Part shown: piece by piece, positions 15,759-24,479 of the stretch
Layout of the letters: each line of letters begins with the position of its first letter
Position numbering within the stretch: position 1 is the first letter of the stretch
DNA from: Candidatus Altiarchaeales archaeon
GTDB lineage: Archaea > Altiarchaeota > Altiarchaeia > IMC4 > QMZM01
Direction of reading: 5' to 3'
Assembly (NCBI GenBank): GCA_003663045.1
Contig: QMZG01000001.1
Span: forward strand, 1-37,598
Length of the DNA: 37,598 nucleotides
The notes under the pieces: model-generated
Told to the model about the DNA's origin: nothing
Database searches by the model: none
The model's input: the letters and a program-made list of their open reading frames with translations, nothing else
Position numbers and translations under genes: made by a program

Positions 15759-16166
15759 GTGCTTAGAATTTCCAATAAATGCTCCCAACGAAGCACCAAT
15801 ACCATTAGCTAATACATCCAAAATGCTGGAATCCCTGTTTGGAACGAAGAACTGATGAATCTCATCTGTTATTCCGTAAATTGTTGCTGTTAAAATTGCG
15901 ATTAAAATTGCCTTTTCCCGCATCCTCCCATTCCCGCTTCTAAATCCAGCCAATAAAAGAAATCCCAGAATGGAATACTCAAAGATATGTTCAATAGTTG
16001 TTATCAGCATCCTTATAAATTCATCCTCAGCTTCAACTGGCTGTGGCGGGCAAGGCATTGAAGAGAAGATAAAGATAATCGATGCATAAACCAGAATCAG
16101 TGTCCAGGTGAGCATTGGTCTCTTTTCCAGCCAATTTATGGGGTGAGAATTAGAATTCATACCCAT
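15750..16166 (-). CDS. VanZ-like membrane protein
   Basis: 'ITDEIHQFFVPNRDSSILDVLANGIGASLG' matches the VanZ signature. Four hydrophobic helices. Confidence 0.75.
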   Translation of the reverse strand: MGMNSNSHPINWLEKRPMLTWTLILVYASIIFIFSSMPCPPQPVEAEDEFIRMLITTIEHIFEYSILGFLLLAGFRSGNGRMREKAILIAILTATIYGITDEIHQFFVPNRDSSILDVLANGIGASLGAFIGNSKHLD

Positions 16167-16169
16167 CTT

Positions 16170-16580
16170 TTAAGCCCCCTGCATAGAAAACTCCCTCAGG
16201 ATATTTTCCACAGAAGAAGAGACATCCTCTACAACATTTTTTGCAGCGCGTTTTATAGCCTCAATCTGATCCCTATGGATTACCACACGAAAATCACGCT
16301 CATTAGTTACATAAAGTTCATTATCTATCAGTCTAATTCTTAAACCAGAAGAATCGGCAAATGTGCTCTCAGTTTCTCCATTTAAATAGAGTTCAAATAT
16401 CCGCCAGGGGATAACTACCTTTTTGCCAATATCCGGTCTGTAGATGATTATGGAGGTAATTCTTTTTTCCAAATCAGCCGTATACTCAAAATCCAACTCT
16501 ACTTCATAGGTAGTCTCCCAATCCTTATAGCCTCTTTTGAATTTGAGTACGTTCATTTTCAGCCAACTATGGATAATCAC
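16170..16580 (-). CDS. hypothetical protein, no recognisable family
   Basis: 136-aa ORF packed between the histone gene (4-nt gap) and the VanZ gene (3-nt gap). The likely start is Met-9 (MNVLKFKRGY). Confidence 0.5.
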   Translation of the reverse strand: MIIHSWLKMNVLKFKRGYKDWETTYEVELDFEYTADLEKRITSIIIYRPDIGKKVVIPWRIFELYLNGETESTFADSSGLRIRLIDNELYVTNERDFRVVIHRDQIEAIKRAAKNVVEDVSSSVENILREFSMQGA

Positions 16581-16584
16581 AGCA

Positions 16585-16794
16585 TCATTGCCCTATTTTA
16601 GATGCCAATTCTACATCCTCTTTTGTTATAGTTTTCCTTCCAGCATGCTTAGAAAGTCTAATGGATTCCACTGTTAATTTTTCTATCAGAATCTCTGCCT
16701 TATCCGCTATTGCTTTTACCGCATCATTAGAAATTCTCTCTGCACCAGCCTTTCTCATAACTCGCTCCACGGGAGCTAATGGTAACCCGGCCAT
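16585..16794 (-). CDS. archaeal histone (HMf/HTk-type histone fold)
   Basis: 69 aa. 'LPLAPVERVMRKAGAERISNDAV', 'KHAGRKTITKEDVELA' and the length match archaeal histones. Confidence 0.9.
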   Translation of the reverse strand: MAGLPLAPVERVMRKAGAERISNDAVKAIADKAEILIEKLTVESIRLSKHAGRKTITKEDVELASKIGQ

Positions 16795-16940
16795 AATCCA
16801 TCACTAAATTCACTGGATTAAATTATTAAGTTTAGAGTATAAAAATATAGAAGAATAGGGAGCAGTGTATTAGTTTTAATTGAAGTTTTAAGAAATTCGG
16901 AGATAAAATATTAACGTATTTATATAAGATTGTGCAATAG

Positions 16941-16950
16941 TTTAAAAAAT
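16941..16950 (+). promoter_or_regulatory. TATA-like box upstream of the 16968 start
   Basis: 'tttaaaaaat' ends about 18 nt before the ATG at 16968, and 'ggtgat' (SD-like) lies 3 nt before that ATG. The spacing suggests a very short leader or a leaderless transcript. Inference only. Confidence 0.3.
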
Positions 16951-16955
16951 ATGGA

Positions 16956-17975
16956 GTGGGTGATAATATGGATAAAAAAATTGCAATAGGTGTGATTATA
17001 GTCTTGATAGTGCTTGGCATAGGCGCCTTCTTGTTTTTAAGCAAAGAAGCAAAACCAGAATGGTCGGACTTAGTTCCCGACTCCAATCTTGTGATGATTT
17101 TTGATATGCAAAAAGCATTGAAGGTGTTAGATGATGAAGATATACGGGAACTCTATAAATCCCTGGGTGGAGAAGAGGTAAATCTGAGGGAAAAGGCTGA
17201 GGAGGAGATCAATAAACAGTTGGGGAAGGTAGGTATAAGAGCGGGAGATATATCCAAGATTGTCGTCTTCGGGGATTTCCCCACCTCTGTTGGTATCACA
17301 TCATCAGAAGTTGGTATGCTCGTTACCGGTAAATTTGATAGGGATAGGATTATTTCTGGAGGCAATCTGGCATCTGAGGAAAGCTATCTGGAGGAGAATA
17401 TCTATAAGTGGGTTGAGGAGAAACCCTATGGGGGACCGAAAGAGGTATTTATCGTCTTTTTGGATGACAAGATAGTTCTTTCTGAGAAAAGGGATATAAT
17501 AAAAAAGGTTATAGATGTGAAAAAAGGTAAAGAGAAACCTCTGAAAAAGGAGAAGCTATCCCTTCTAGAAGAGGTGGGGGGAAATGAAGCCATTTTTGGT
17601 ATAATTCTCACCATATCAGAAGAAATGAAAAGAGAATGGAAGGAGAGTATGGGATCAATACCAATTACTGGAATGTTTAAGACAGAATCTTTTACCAAAT
17701 TAGAGAAGATGGCTTATTCACTGGATAAGAAGGATAGTATTATCTCCCTGAATTCGGTAACCTACTATGAAGATAAAGAAACCGCCGAAAGTGCTGCCAA
17801 AACCACTAGGGGAGCAAGAGATATGTATTCTGGAACCATAAAAGGTTTAGATAAACTGTTCAAGGATATGGAGATAAAGGTGGAGGGCAAGAAGGTTAAA
17901 ATGAAGTGGGAGATTGAAATCCAGGTGATAATGGAATTGATCCAGGAGTATAAGAACATGTATAAAGATGCTTGA
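16956..17975 (+). CDS. membrane-anchored hypothetical protein (single N-terminal TM helix, Lys/Glu-rich ectodomain)
   Basis: The ORF opens on GTG at 16956. The ATG at 16968 (MDKKIAIGVIIVLIVLGIGAFLFLS) is the more likely start. No family recognised. Confidence 0.6.
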   Translation: MGDNMDKKIAIGVIIVLIVLGIGAFLFLSKEAKPEWSDLVPDSNLVMIFDMQKALKVLDDEDIRELYKSLGGEEVNLREKAEEEINKQLGKVGIRAGDISKIVVFGDFPTSVGITSSEVGMLVTGKFDRDRIISGGNLASEESYLEENIYKWVEEKPYGGPKEVFIVFLDDKIVLSEKRDIIKKVIDVKKGKEKPLKKEKLSLLEEVGGNEAIFGIILTISEEMKREWKESMGSIPITGMFKTESFTKLEKMAYSLDKKDSIISLNSVTYYEDKETAESAAKTTRGARDMYSGTIKGLDKLFKDMEIKVEGKKVKMKWEIEIQVIMELIQEYKNMYKDA

Positions 17976-18147
17976 GCCTAGTATTCGGTATACCGGTTCA
18001 TCTCTCGAGTTTGAGGTATTGAATGGTGCGGGGGAACGTGTTGGTAACGTCATTTTGGAACCTTCAGGTGATTGTGCTACCGCTTCACGTGTCAACATCG
18101 ATTCTATCCGCGCTGGTGGTACTGCTCAGAAAGGTACTGCAGAATAG
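17968..18147 (+). CDS. 59-aa ORF with foreign composition (missed by the 60-aa ORF cutoff)
   Basis: My own translation: MLEPSIRYTGSSLEFEVLNGAGERVGNVILEPSGDCATASRVNIDSIRAGGTAQKGTAE. The ATG overlaps the upstream stop (ATGCTTGA). All four Arg codons are CGN and 7 of 8 Gly codons are GGT. My hand count gives 84 G+C in 172 nt (17976-18147), in an otherwise AT-rich window. Confidence 0.4.
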   Translation: MLEPSIRYTGSSLEFEVLNGAGERVGNVILEPSGDCATASRVNIDSIRAGGTAQKGTAE

Positions 18148-18167
18148 TTAAAATTTTGACTTAATAC

Positions 18168-18896
18168 TTACTTAATACTTTCAATTATCTCCTTGATCTT
18201 GCTACAATCCTCCTCGGTTGCCGTACCATTGACTATCACATCCGCTCCCGCTCTTGTTTTTTCCCTTGCGGTTTTCCCATCCCTGATCCCTCCACCAACA
18301 ATGATCGGGATTTCTATTTCGGCTCTAACTGCAGAGATCATCTCATTGGGAACGGGGTTTTCTGCACCCGAGCCCGCTTCAAGATAGATGCACTGCATAT
18401 TGAGATATTGAGCAGTTAATGCATAATTAATAGCCTTCTGAATTTCATTTCCCTCAATTCTATCCAAATTACAGACCCTTTCCACCATAGTGGGTTTCCT
18501 ACTAGTGCTTATTACTATGTACCCCATAGATATTGGCTTTATATTCCACTCGTTTATTAATGAAGCCCCTTTAATCTGTTCTTCTATTAAAAATCTTCTA
18601 TCGATGGAATTCATGAGCATCATAAAGAATATATAATCCGCATTTTCTGATACAGCTCGTGAGGAATTTGGGAATAATATTGTTGGGATATCTACAGATC
18701 TCTTTATTGATTCTACTGTTCTATAAACCAGTTCTCTGTCATCAACAGTAGAACCTCCAATCATAATGGCGTTAGTTCCATATTCATAGCAGATTTTTGC
18801 CCTTTGACCCGCTTCTTTGGGGGATTGATTCTCTGGATCAATTAGGGTAAAATGAAGCTTTTTTTCCTTCTTCAATAATTCTTTTATTAAATCCAT
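18168..18896 (-). CDS. geranylgeranylglyceryl phosphate synthase (PcrB/GGGPS family)
   Basis: 'HFTLIDPE', 'IMIGGS', 'IYLEAGSGA' and 'IIVGGGIR' fit the TIM-barrel GGGPS signature. Confidence 0.85.
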   Translation of the reverse strand: MDLIKELLKKEKKLHFTLIDPENQSPKEAGQRAKICYEYGTNAIMIGGSTVDDRELVYRTVESIKRSVDIPTILFPNSSRAVSENADYIFFMMLMNSIDRRFLIEEQIKGASLINEWNIKPISMGYIVISTSRKPTMVERVCNLDRIEGNEIQKAINYALTAQYLNMQCIYLEAGSGAENPVPNEMISAVRAEIEIPIIVGGGIRDGKTAREKTRAGADVIVNGTATEEDCSKIKEIIESIK

Positions 18897-18918
18897 TTTA
18901 TGATGGTTTTCAAAGTTT

Positions 18919-19719
18919 CTAAAGATCTTCCTTTTTGATCAACCTAGTGGTAATCTCCACCAGAGGGTGCTGCGCATAATCTATTACCTTGATATCATCC
19001 AATGTCAATAAACCCGATTCTCTGGCAGATTTTTCCATTCCTATCTCAATATCTTCCTCTGGCTCCAGAACGTGAGCCATTATCTCTTTAATTCCCAGCT
19101 CTCTGGCCGCGATAACCCTGTGATGTCCGTCCACTAACACAAAATAATTCCTCTTCTTTATCACAATTAACGGCTCGGCAAGACCCTTTTTTAATTCATA
19201 TTTCCTTCCCTGAAGTTCATCTGCATGTATTCTCCCCTGAGTTGGACGTAAGTTATCCAGGGGAACGGAATACTTCCTTACATTAATCCTTACCCCAGAT
19301 TTTGATTCCAACAGGTTCTTGATCATATTTACCTTTCTAGGGGTTGCCCTTTCTATATGGGATCTAATAATGTCGGTATTGGTAATTATACCAATCAACC
19401 TACCCTTTTCATCAACCACTGGAAGCTTCCGCATACCATGTCTGAACATTACCCTCGCTGCATCATCTAATGCAAGATCGGGTCTAGCAACTATCAATTT
19501 ATCCCTTATAATATCCTTAATCAATCTTTCCGGGTTATTATAATTTCTCAATAATTCCTTTGCAGTAATAAAGCCCACAAGGTTACCATTCTTAGTAACC
19601 GGAAAATTTTGATGTACCGAATTGACAAAGATCTGTATGGCCTTCTTTACGGTAGTATCATAGGGGATATAATCTACCTCTTTGGTCATATAGTCTCTAA
19701 CCAATGCCTTTTTTGCCAT
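18919..19719 (-). CDS. CBS-pair domain fused to a ParB/sulfiredoxin-like domain
   Basis: Two CBS motifs ('FPVTKNGNLVGFITAKELL', 'LPVVDEKGRLIGIITNTDII'), followed by 'LRPTQ...' and 'FVLVDGHHRVIAARELG'. Confidence 0.75.
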   Translation of the reverse strand: MAKKALVRDYMTKEVDYIPYDTTVKKAIQIFVNSVHQNFPVTKNGNLVGFITAKELLRNYNNPERLIKDIIRDKLIVARPDLALDDAARVMFRHGMRKLPVVDEKGRLIGIITNTDIIRSHIERATPRKVNMIKNLLESKSGVRINVRKYSVPLDNLRPTQGRIHADELQGRKYELKKGLAEPLIVIKKRNYFVLVDGHHRVIAARELGIKEIMAHVLEPEEDIEIGMEKSARESGLLTLDDIKVIDYAQHPLVEITTRLIKKEDL

Positions 19720-19787
19720 TTTAATTTCAGGTATATAAAACTGTTTTGTGTAATAGTTAATATATCACATTAAAAATCAATAATAAA

Positions 19788-20522
19788 ATGAAGCGGGATG
19801 TAAATTTTCTTTTATTTGGTCTCTTGATTCTACTTTTAATTGCCATGGTGGCCATGGCTATTTATGCCCAATATGAATATCAACGTTGCAATACAGATTA
19901 TTTAATTGCATTAGAAGATATAGAAGAGAAAAATTCTCAATTAAATAAAAAGATTGCGGAGATTAACAAAACAAGAGAGGAGTTGAAAAGTAAGGAGAGG
20001 GCATTGGTAGACGTAATAAGGGAGTTAAACCTATCTGAGCAGAGAGAGGTCTCATTGAGTGGGCTTTTTGAGGATATAAAAGGGGAAAAGGAACTATTGG
20101 AGGAAGAACTAAAAATAACCACCGAGGAAAGGGATAGATGGCGTTCCAACTATACTGCTGTTAAAATGGATCTCGATATGTGCGAGAAGAATTATGAACT
20201 CAAGGAAAGACAGTTGGATTTAGCAACAAAAAAGATATCCCAGATAAGCCTTAATGTAAAATATCTCGGTATTAATGTAAACAAATCAAAGGATCAAATA
20301 GGGGATATTGAAGAGGATATAGAGGATATCGATGATGATCTCTCTTCTTTATATCGAAAGGTAGGTGATGTGGAGAATGAAACCACGATGGGTGAGTTAA
20401 AGGAGGAATTGAGGGATGATATAAATGATATTCGGAGTCTAATCGCCGAATTAAAAGAAACTATCGATAATTTGAGAAATACTATCGATAGCATGGAAAA
20501 GAAGGTTAAGGAGATAGATTAA
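19788..20522 (+). CDS. N-terminally anchored acidic coiled-coil protein
   Basis: TM 'FLLFGLLILLLIAMVAMAIYA', then about 200 aa of heptad-like, Glu/Lys/Asp-rich sequence. Confidence 0.6.
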   Translation: MKRDVNFLLFGLLILLLIAMVAMAIYAQYEYQRCNTDYLIALEDIEEKNSQLNKKIAEINKTREELKSKERALVDVIRELNLSEQREVSLSGLFEDIKGEKELLEEELKITTEERDRWRSNYTAVKMDLDMCEKNYELKERQLDLATKKISQISLNVKYLGINVNKSKDQIGDIEEDIEDIDDDLSSLYRKVGDVENETTMGELKEELRDDINDIRSLIAELKETIDNLRNTIDSMEKKVKEID

Positions 20523-20531
20523 AAGATTGGA

Positions 20532-21452
20532 ATGGATTTAATCACTCCAAGATTGGAAGAGGTCAGAAAGGTCGTTAGTAAGTTGAAATTGTTCACCATT
20601 GTATTGGATTCTATTATAGTTTTTATTCTCTCATCCATCTTTTTTGTACTTTTTGGTATTGAACCGGTCCTGGCAATAATCCCAAGTTTGATCTATTTTA
20701 TCTTAAGGTCGATCTCTGTAGTCAGAGATGGCAGAGACAGGAATGTAATAGAGAAGAGGATAACTCAGAGGTACCCTTCCTTAGATGAAAGGCTGCAAAC
20801 CGCTTATGATAACAGAGAAAGATCCAACCTTATTATAAACAGGTTAATCTCTGACGTCTCACAGAGAATGGATAACATCTCCTATTCATCATTTGTAGAA
20901 AGTAAAAACATATCTTTAAAGGTATTTATAATTATATTCCTATTGTTCGCATTATTAACTATAAATTTTTTTCATATCAGAGAAGTTAGTCTTAATTTTC
21001 AAAAAGATTTATCCAAATTCATTGATACAGCATTATCAACTTCGACCGAGAACGATAAAGGTTTTTTTGGAAATAGAGATGAATGGGAAATGAGTAAAGA
21101 AAGTTCGAAAAATGAGCAGGAAAAGATCGGTGGTGAATCTGGGGGCAAAATTCCGGGCTTTAGCGAGGGTCCTATCCCCGGGATGGGTGGTGGTGCCGGA
21201 GAGACGCCCGGTGGTGATATATACGGTGCACCCAGTTCAGCCAGGATAGAAGGTCAAGATATAGAGATGGAAGTCCATCCAGAATATGGTGGTGAGATTG
21301 ATATCAAGGATGTGAATGAAGAAGTAAATGCCGTTGAGTTTAAACTTCCAGAGGAGATAAAGTCTAGCAATATACCAGAACAGGAGCCCATAGAATATGA
21401 GGAGATCATTAGGAGATATTTTGAGAAATTATCTTGTGAGGAGGTAAAATGA
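20532..21452 (+). CDS. membrane protein (TM hairpin plus third TM) with a Gly-rich/acidic C-terminal tail
   Basis: Hydrophobic segments at about aa 20-60 and 125-145. The tail is 'GGESGGKIPGFSEGPIPGMGGGAGETPGGD' and ends 'YEEIIRRYFEKL'. Its stop overlaps the next start (ATGA at 21449-21452). Confidence 0.6.
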   Translation: MDLITPRLEEVRKVVSKLKLFTIVLDSIIVFILSSIFFVLFGIEPVLAIIPSLIYFILRSISVVRDGRDRNVIEKRITQRYPSLDERLQTAYDNRERSNLIINRLISDVSQRMDNISYSSFVESKNISLKVFIIIFLLFALLTINFFHIREVSLNFQKDLSKFIDTALSTSTENDKGFFGNRDEWEMSKESSKNEQEKIGGESGGKIPGFSEGPIPGMGGGAGETPGGDIYGAPSSARIEGQDIEMEVHPEYGGEIDIKDVNEEVNAVEFKLPEEIKSSNIPEQEPIEYEEIIRRYFEKLSCEEVK

Positions 21453-21862
21453 TTGGGAAAAAACGTAATGTAGTCATGGTTGAGAAAGATATCTATGAAG
21501 CAATGACAGAGGCATTTCGTAAGGTCAAGGCCGAAAGGGATAGGAATAAGGAACTTGCGGATAAATTAAAAAAGGATTTGAAGCTATTGGATTTTGAATT
21601 AACCAGGATTGGGGCCAAGATATCCGAACTACTGATTAGTGTCAACACCTTGGAAGAATCTATAAGGCATTTAAGTGAGTATTCTATAGATTATTCCATG
21701 AGTTCCATAAGAGATAAATTATCTAAGAAGATGGAACATACAATGTATACGATAGATGGGATGGAAAACAAGATCCATAGACTGAGAGAGATTATGGATA
21801 TTATCAAAAGGGATATAAAGCCATGGGAAGAGAGCTATGAGCAAAGGATATTTGAGGAATAG
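21449..21862 (+). CDS. small soluble coiled-coil protein
   Basis: 137 aa, charged and heptad-like. It is translationally coupled on both sides (ATGA overlap upstream, 2-nt gap downstream). Confidence 0.55.
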   Translation: MIGKKRNVVMVEKDIYEAMTEAFRKVKAERDRNKELADKLKKDLKLLDFELTRIGAKISELLISVNTLEESIRHLSEYSIDYSMSSIRDKLSKKMEHTMYTIDGMENKIHRLREIMDIIKRDIKPWEESYEQRIFEE

Positions 21863-21864
21863 AA

Positions 21865-22884
21865 ATGAAGGTCGGAGGAAGCCTTTGGGAAGGGATCAAG
21901 GAAGAAAAGAAAGAGAAGGGGAGTAATCTGGAAGAACTCTGTTCTAATATGAAAAAGGTCTATGAAGAGATACTCTCCGAAATGGGTAATGTTATAGCGG
22001 GTCAGAAGGAGGTTATAGAGCAGATTTTGATTTCAATCTTTACCAAGAATCATGCCCTGCTGGAGGGCTTTCCCGGCTTGGGAAAAACCCTAATTGTGAG
22101 TACATTGGCTGATATAATGGATCTTAAATTTAAGAGGATTCAGTGCACGCCAGATTTAATGCCCTCCGACATCACTGGAACATATGTTGTAGAAGAAGAA
22201 GCTGGGAAAAAGACGTTCAGATTTGAAAAAGGACCAGTATTTACCAATATCCTTCTTGCAGATGAGATCAATAGGGCAACGCCAAAGACCCAGAGCGCTT
22301 TATTGGAGGCAATGCAAGAAAGACAGGTAAGTGTTGGCACCTCCACATTCACACTTGATAAACCCTTCTTTGTTTTAGCCACGCAGAATCCAATAGAGAT
22401 GGAGGGCACTTATCCATTGCCAGAGGCGCAGGTGGATAGATTCATTATGAAGATTCTAGTTAAATATCCAGAATTAGAGAATGAAGATCGAATAATTGAT
22501 CTCTATACTGGAGGAGAAACACCCAATGTTAGGAAAATTTTAGGTAAAGAGCAGCTTTTAGGAATTCAAGAGTTAACCAGAATGATGCCCATTTCCAATG
22601 AAATTAAAAAATACGCGTTAGACATTGTAACCAGGACCAGGCCCGAGAATGGTGGAATTGCAAAAGAATTCTTAGACTATGGTGCTTCACCCAGAGCCTC
22701 CATAGGACTTATACTCGCCGGTAAGGCCAATGCCCTGATAGATGGAAGAGATTATGTAAGTAAAAAAGATATACAGAAGATGGCATATCCAATCCTGAGA
22801 CATAGATTAATTCTAAACTTTAACTCTGAAAGAGAGGGGATAACTACAGATGATGTAATTGAAAGGATATTAAAAGAGGTTTGA
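21865..22884 (+). CDS. MoxR-family AAA+ ATPase
   Basis: Walker A 'GFPGLGKT', Walker B 'ILLADEINRA', 'VLATQNPIE..GTYPLPEAQ.DRF' and 'GASPRA' are typical of MoxR. Confidence 0.9.
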   Translation: MKVGGSLWEGIKEEKKEKGSNLEELCSNMKKVYEEILSEMGNVIAGQKEVIEQILISIFTKNHALLEGFPGLGKTLIVSTLADIMDLKFKRIQCTPDLMPSDITGTYVVEEEAGKKTFRFEKGPVFTNILLADEINRATPKTQSALLEAMQERQVSVGTSTFTLDKPFFVLATQNPIEMEGTYPLPEAQVDRFIMKILVKYPELENEDRIIDLYTGGETPNVRKILGKEQLLGIQELTRMMPISNEIKKYALDIVTRTRPENGGIAKEFLDYGASPRASIGLILAGKANALIDGRDYVSKKDIQKMAYPILRHRLILNFNSEREGITTDDVIERILKEV

Positions 22885-23801
22885 ATTTATGGAAAATGAT
22901 TGACCCCACATTTTTGGATCAATTAAAGAAACTAAATTTTTTGGCCAGGAGGAAGATTTCCAGTATATACATGGGTAGCAGGAGGTCTATAAAACAGGGG
23001 AGGGGTATGGAACTCTATGATCATAGAGAATACTACCCAGGTGATGATTTCAGATATATTGACTGGAAACTCTACAGTAGAACTGAAAGATTATACATCA
23101 GAAGATTCGAAGAGGAAAAGAATCTTACCCTACACATACTAGTGGATTCTAGCGCTAGTATGGATTTTTCAACCGTCAAGATGAGAAAGTTTGACTATGC
23201 CGGAAGCATCGCTGCTGGCTTTGCCTTTATTGCCTTGAATAGATATGAAAAATTTGCACCAGTTCTTTATTCTAATAGGATAATGGAAATTATGCCCCCA
23301 AGGAAGGGGAAGATGCATTTCTTTCGAATGATCAATTTACTGAATGGTGCAAAACAGATTGGAGAGACCAATCTTGAGGAATGCATGAGTCAATACTCGG
23401 GATTTATTAAAACCAAGTCTTTTTTGATTGTAATCTCCGATTTCCTGGAGCCCATTGATTCTCTAAGGGAGGGGATTTACAGAATAGCAAGGAGATCCAA
23501 GGAGGCAATTCTTATCCAGACCCTCGACCCGGGAGAGATTAATCTAAAATGGACAGATGATATAAACTTTGAAGATATGGAGACATCAAAATTTGAAAGG
23601 GTATATCTAAGCCCAGATTTTAGAAAGAATTATATGAATAGATTGAGGGAGCATATCTTTAATATCCAGGAAATCTGTGATGATACCGGCATTGAATTCT
23701 TTTCCGTTAGCACCGACATACCTCTATTTGATACCTTTGCTGGTATCGTAGAAGGGAAAATTCTGGAAGAAAGAGTCAGATGGGGGATGGAGACTACGTG
23801 A
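22881..23801 (+). CDS. DUF58 (vWA-like) protein, canonical MoxR partner
   Basis: 'DHREYYPGDDFRYIDWKLYSRTERLYIRRFEEEKN' and 'LVDSSASM'. The track start is TTG and overlaps the MoxR stop. The in-frame ATG at 22896 is an alternative start. Confidence 0.85.
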   Translation: MNLWKMIDPTFLDQLKKLNFLARRKISSIYMGSRRSIKQGRGMELYDHREYYPGDDFRYIDWKLYSRTERLYIRRFEEEKNLTLHILVDSSASMDFSTVKMRKFDYAGSIAAGFAFIALNRYEKFAPVLYSNRIMEIMPPRKGKMHFFRMINLLNGAKQIGETNLEECMSQYSGFIKTKSFLIVISDFLEPIDSLREGIYRIARRSKEAILIQTLDPGEINLKWTDDINFEDMETSKFERVYLSPDFRKNYMNRLREHIFNIQEICDDTGIEFFSVSTDIPLFDTFAGIVEGKILEERVRWGMETT

Positions 23802-23803
23802 TC

Positions 23804-24475
23804 TTAGTCTATTGTTTCCAAAAATTCTTCAGCAATTTCACTTACATTTTCGTCGGATCTTATTCCTGTCCAAGGATCTTCCGATGTTACAATATTTACT
23901 ACCACGATATTCGCTCCATTAAAAATTGCACTTCTCGCCTCTTTTAAGTCTACACCACCGGCAGCAGAAATGAGAACATCATATCTACTTCTTATCCTGT
24001 TGATATGTTTATATTTTATTACACTACCCCTTGTAGTTTCTTCATCCCTCCCTCTGTGAAGTACAACCACAGATGGTGGCTTTTTTAATCTTAAAAGAAC
24101 CTTTAGCGGATCTTCAACACCCAGCATATCAATCATCGAATCTAAGCCGAATTCTTCACACTTTTGAATAAAGAGATCTAATGTTTCAACCGGTGAACTT
24201 CCCAATACGGTAGCTGCTGTGGCTCCAGAAGAATATGCCAGTTCTACCTCCTCAATTGCACCATCCGTTGTTTTTAAATCAGCCACTATCTTACCGTTCC
24301 AAATTTTTGCCATCATTCTTATTCCATTAGAACCTTCTCTTTTAATAAATGGTGTTCCAGCCTCTATAAGTATCCTATCATTGTGTGGAATCGTTGGTAA
24401 AATTCTCTTAACACTATCTACATCGTCATTGAAGGCTATTTGCAGGTATCTTGTTTTTTGTTCTAACATAGTCAT
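23804..24475 (-). CDS. 3-hexulose-6-phosphate synthase-like protein (OMP-decarboxylase/HUMPS superfamily)
   Basis: 'YLQIAFND', 'IEAGTPFIK', 'VADLKTTDG' and 'VLHRGRDEE' match the HPS/KGPDC motif order. Confidence 0.65.
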   Translation of the reverse strand: MTMLEQKTRYLQIAFNDDVDSVKRILPTIPHNDRILIEAGTPFIKREGSNGIRMMAKIWNGKIVADLKTTDGAIEEVELAYSSGATAATVLGSSPVETLDLFIQKCEEFGLDSMIDMLGVEDPLKVLLRLKKPPSVVVLHRGRDEETTRGSVIKYKHINRIRSRYDVLISAAGGVDLKEARSAIFNGANIVVVNIVTSEDPWTGIRSDENVSEIAEEFLETID

Positions 24476-24479
24476 AGCC

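Noticed and set aside
17976-18147. GC-rich island as a tRNA or other structured RNA gene
   Set aside because: I could not fold a cloverleaf: there is no acceptor-stem pairing and no GTTC-type T-arm in a paired context. I saw no C/D or H/ACA box arrangement. The region does hold an uninterrupted 59-codon frame with strong third-position bias, so a coding (possibly foreign) origin fits better. An ncRNA is not formally excluded.
17968-18147. phiX174 spike-in contamination as the source of the anomalous segment
   Set aside because: The T-ending, CGT/GGT-rich codon style resembles that of coliphages. However, I could not match the segment to the phiX174 sequence from memory. The segment is also joined in-frame-coupled fashion to host-like sequence. 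Only a real BLAST and read mapping can settle it.
18159-18180. 11-nt tandem repeat 'acttaatactt' x2 straddling the GGGPS stop codon
   Set aside because: It is short, AT-rich and sits at a convergent gene junction. It is likely slippage or part of a T-rich terminator, and nothing further supports a function.
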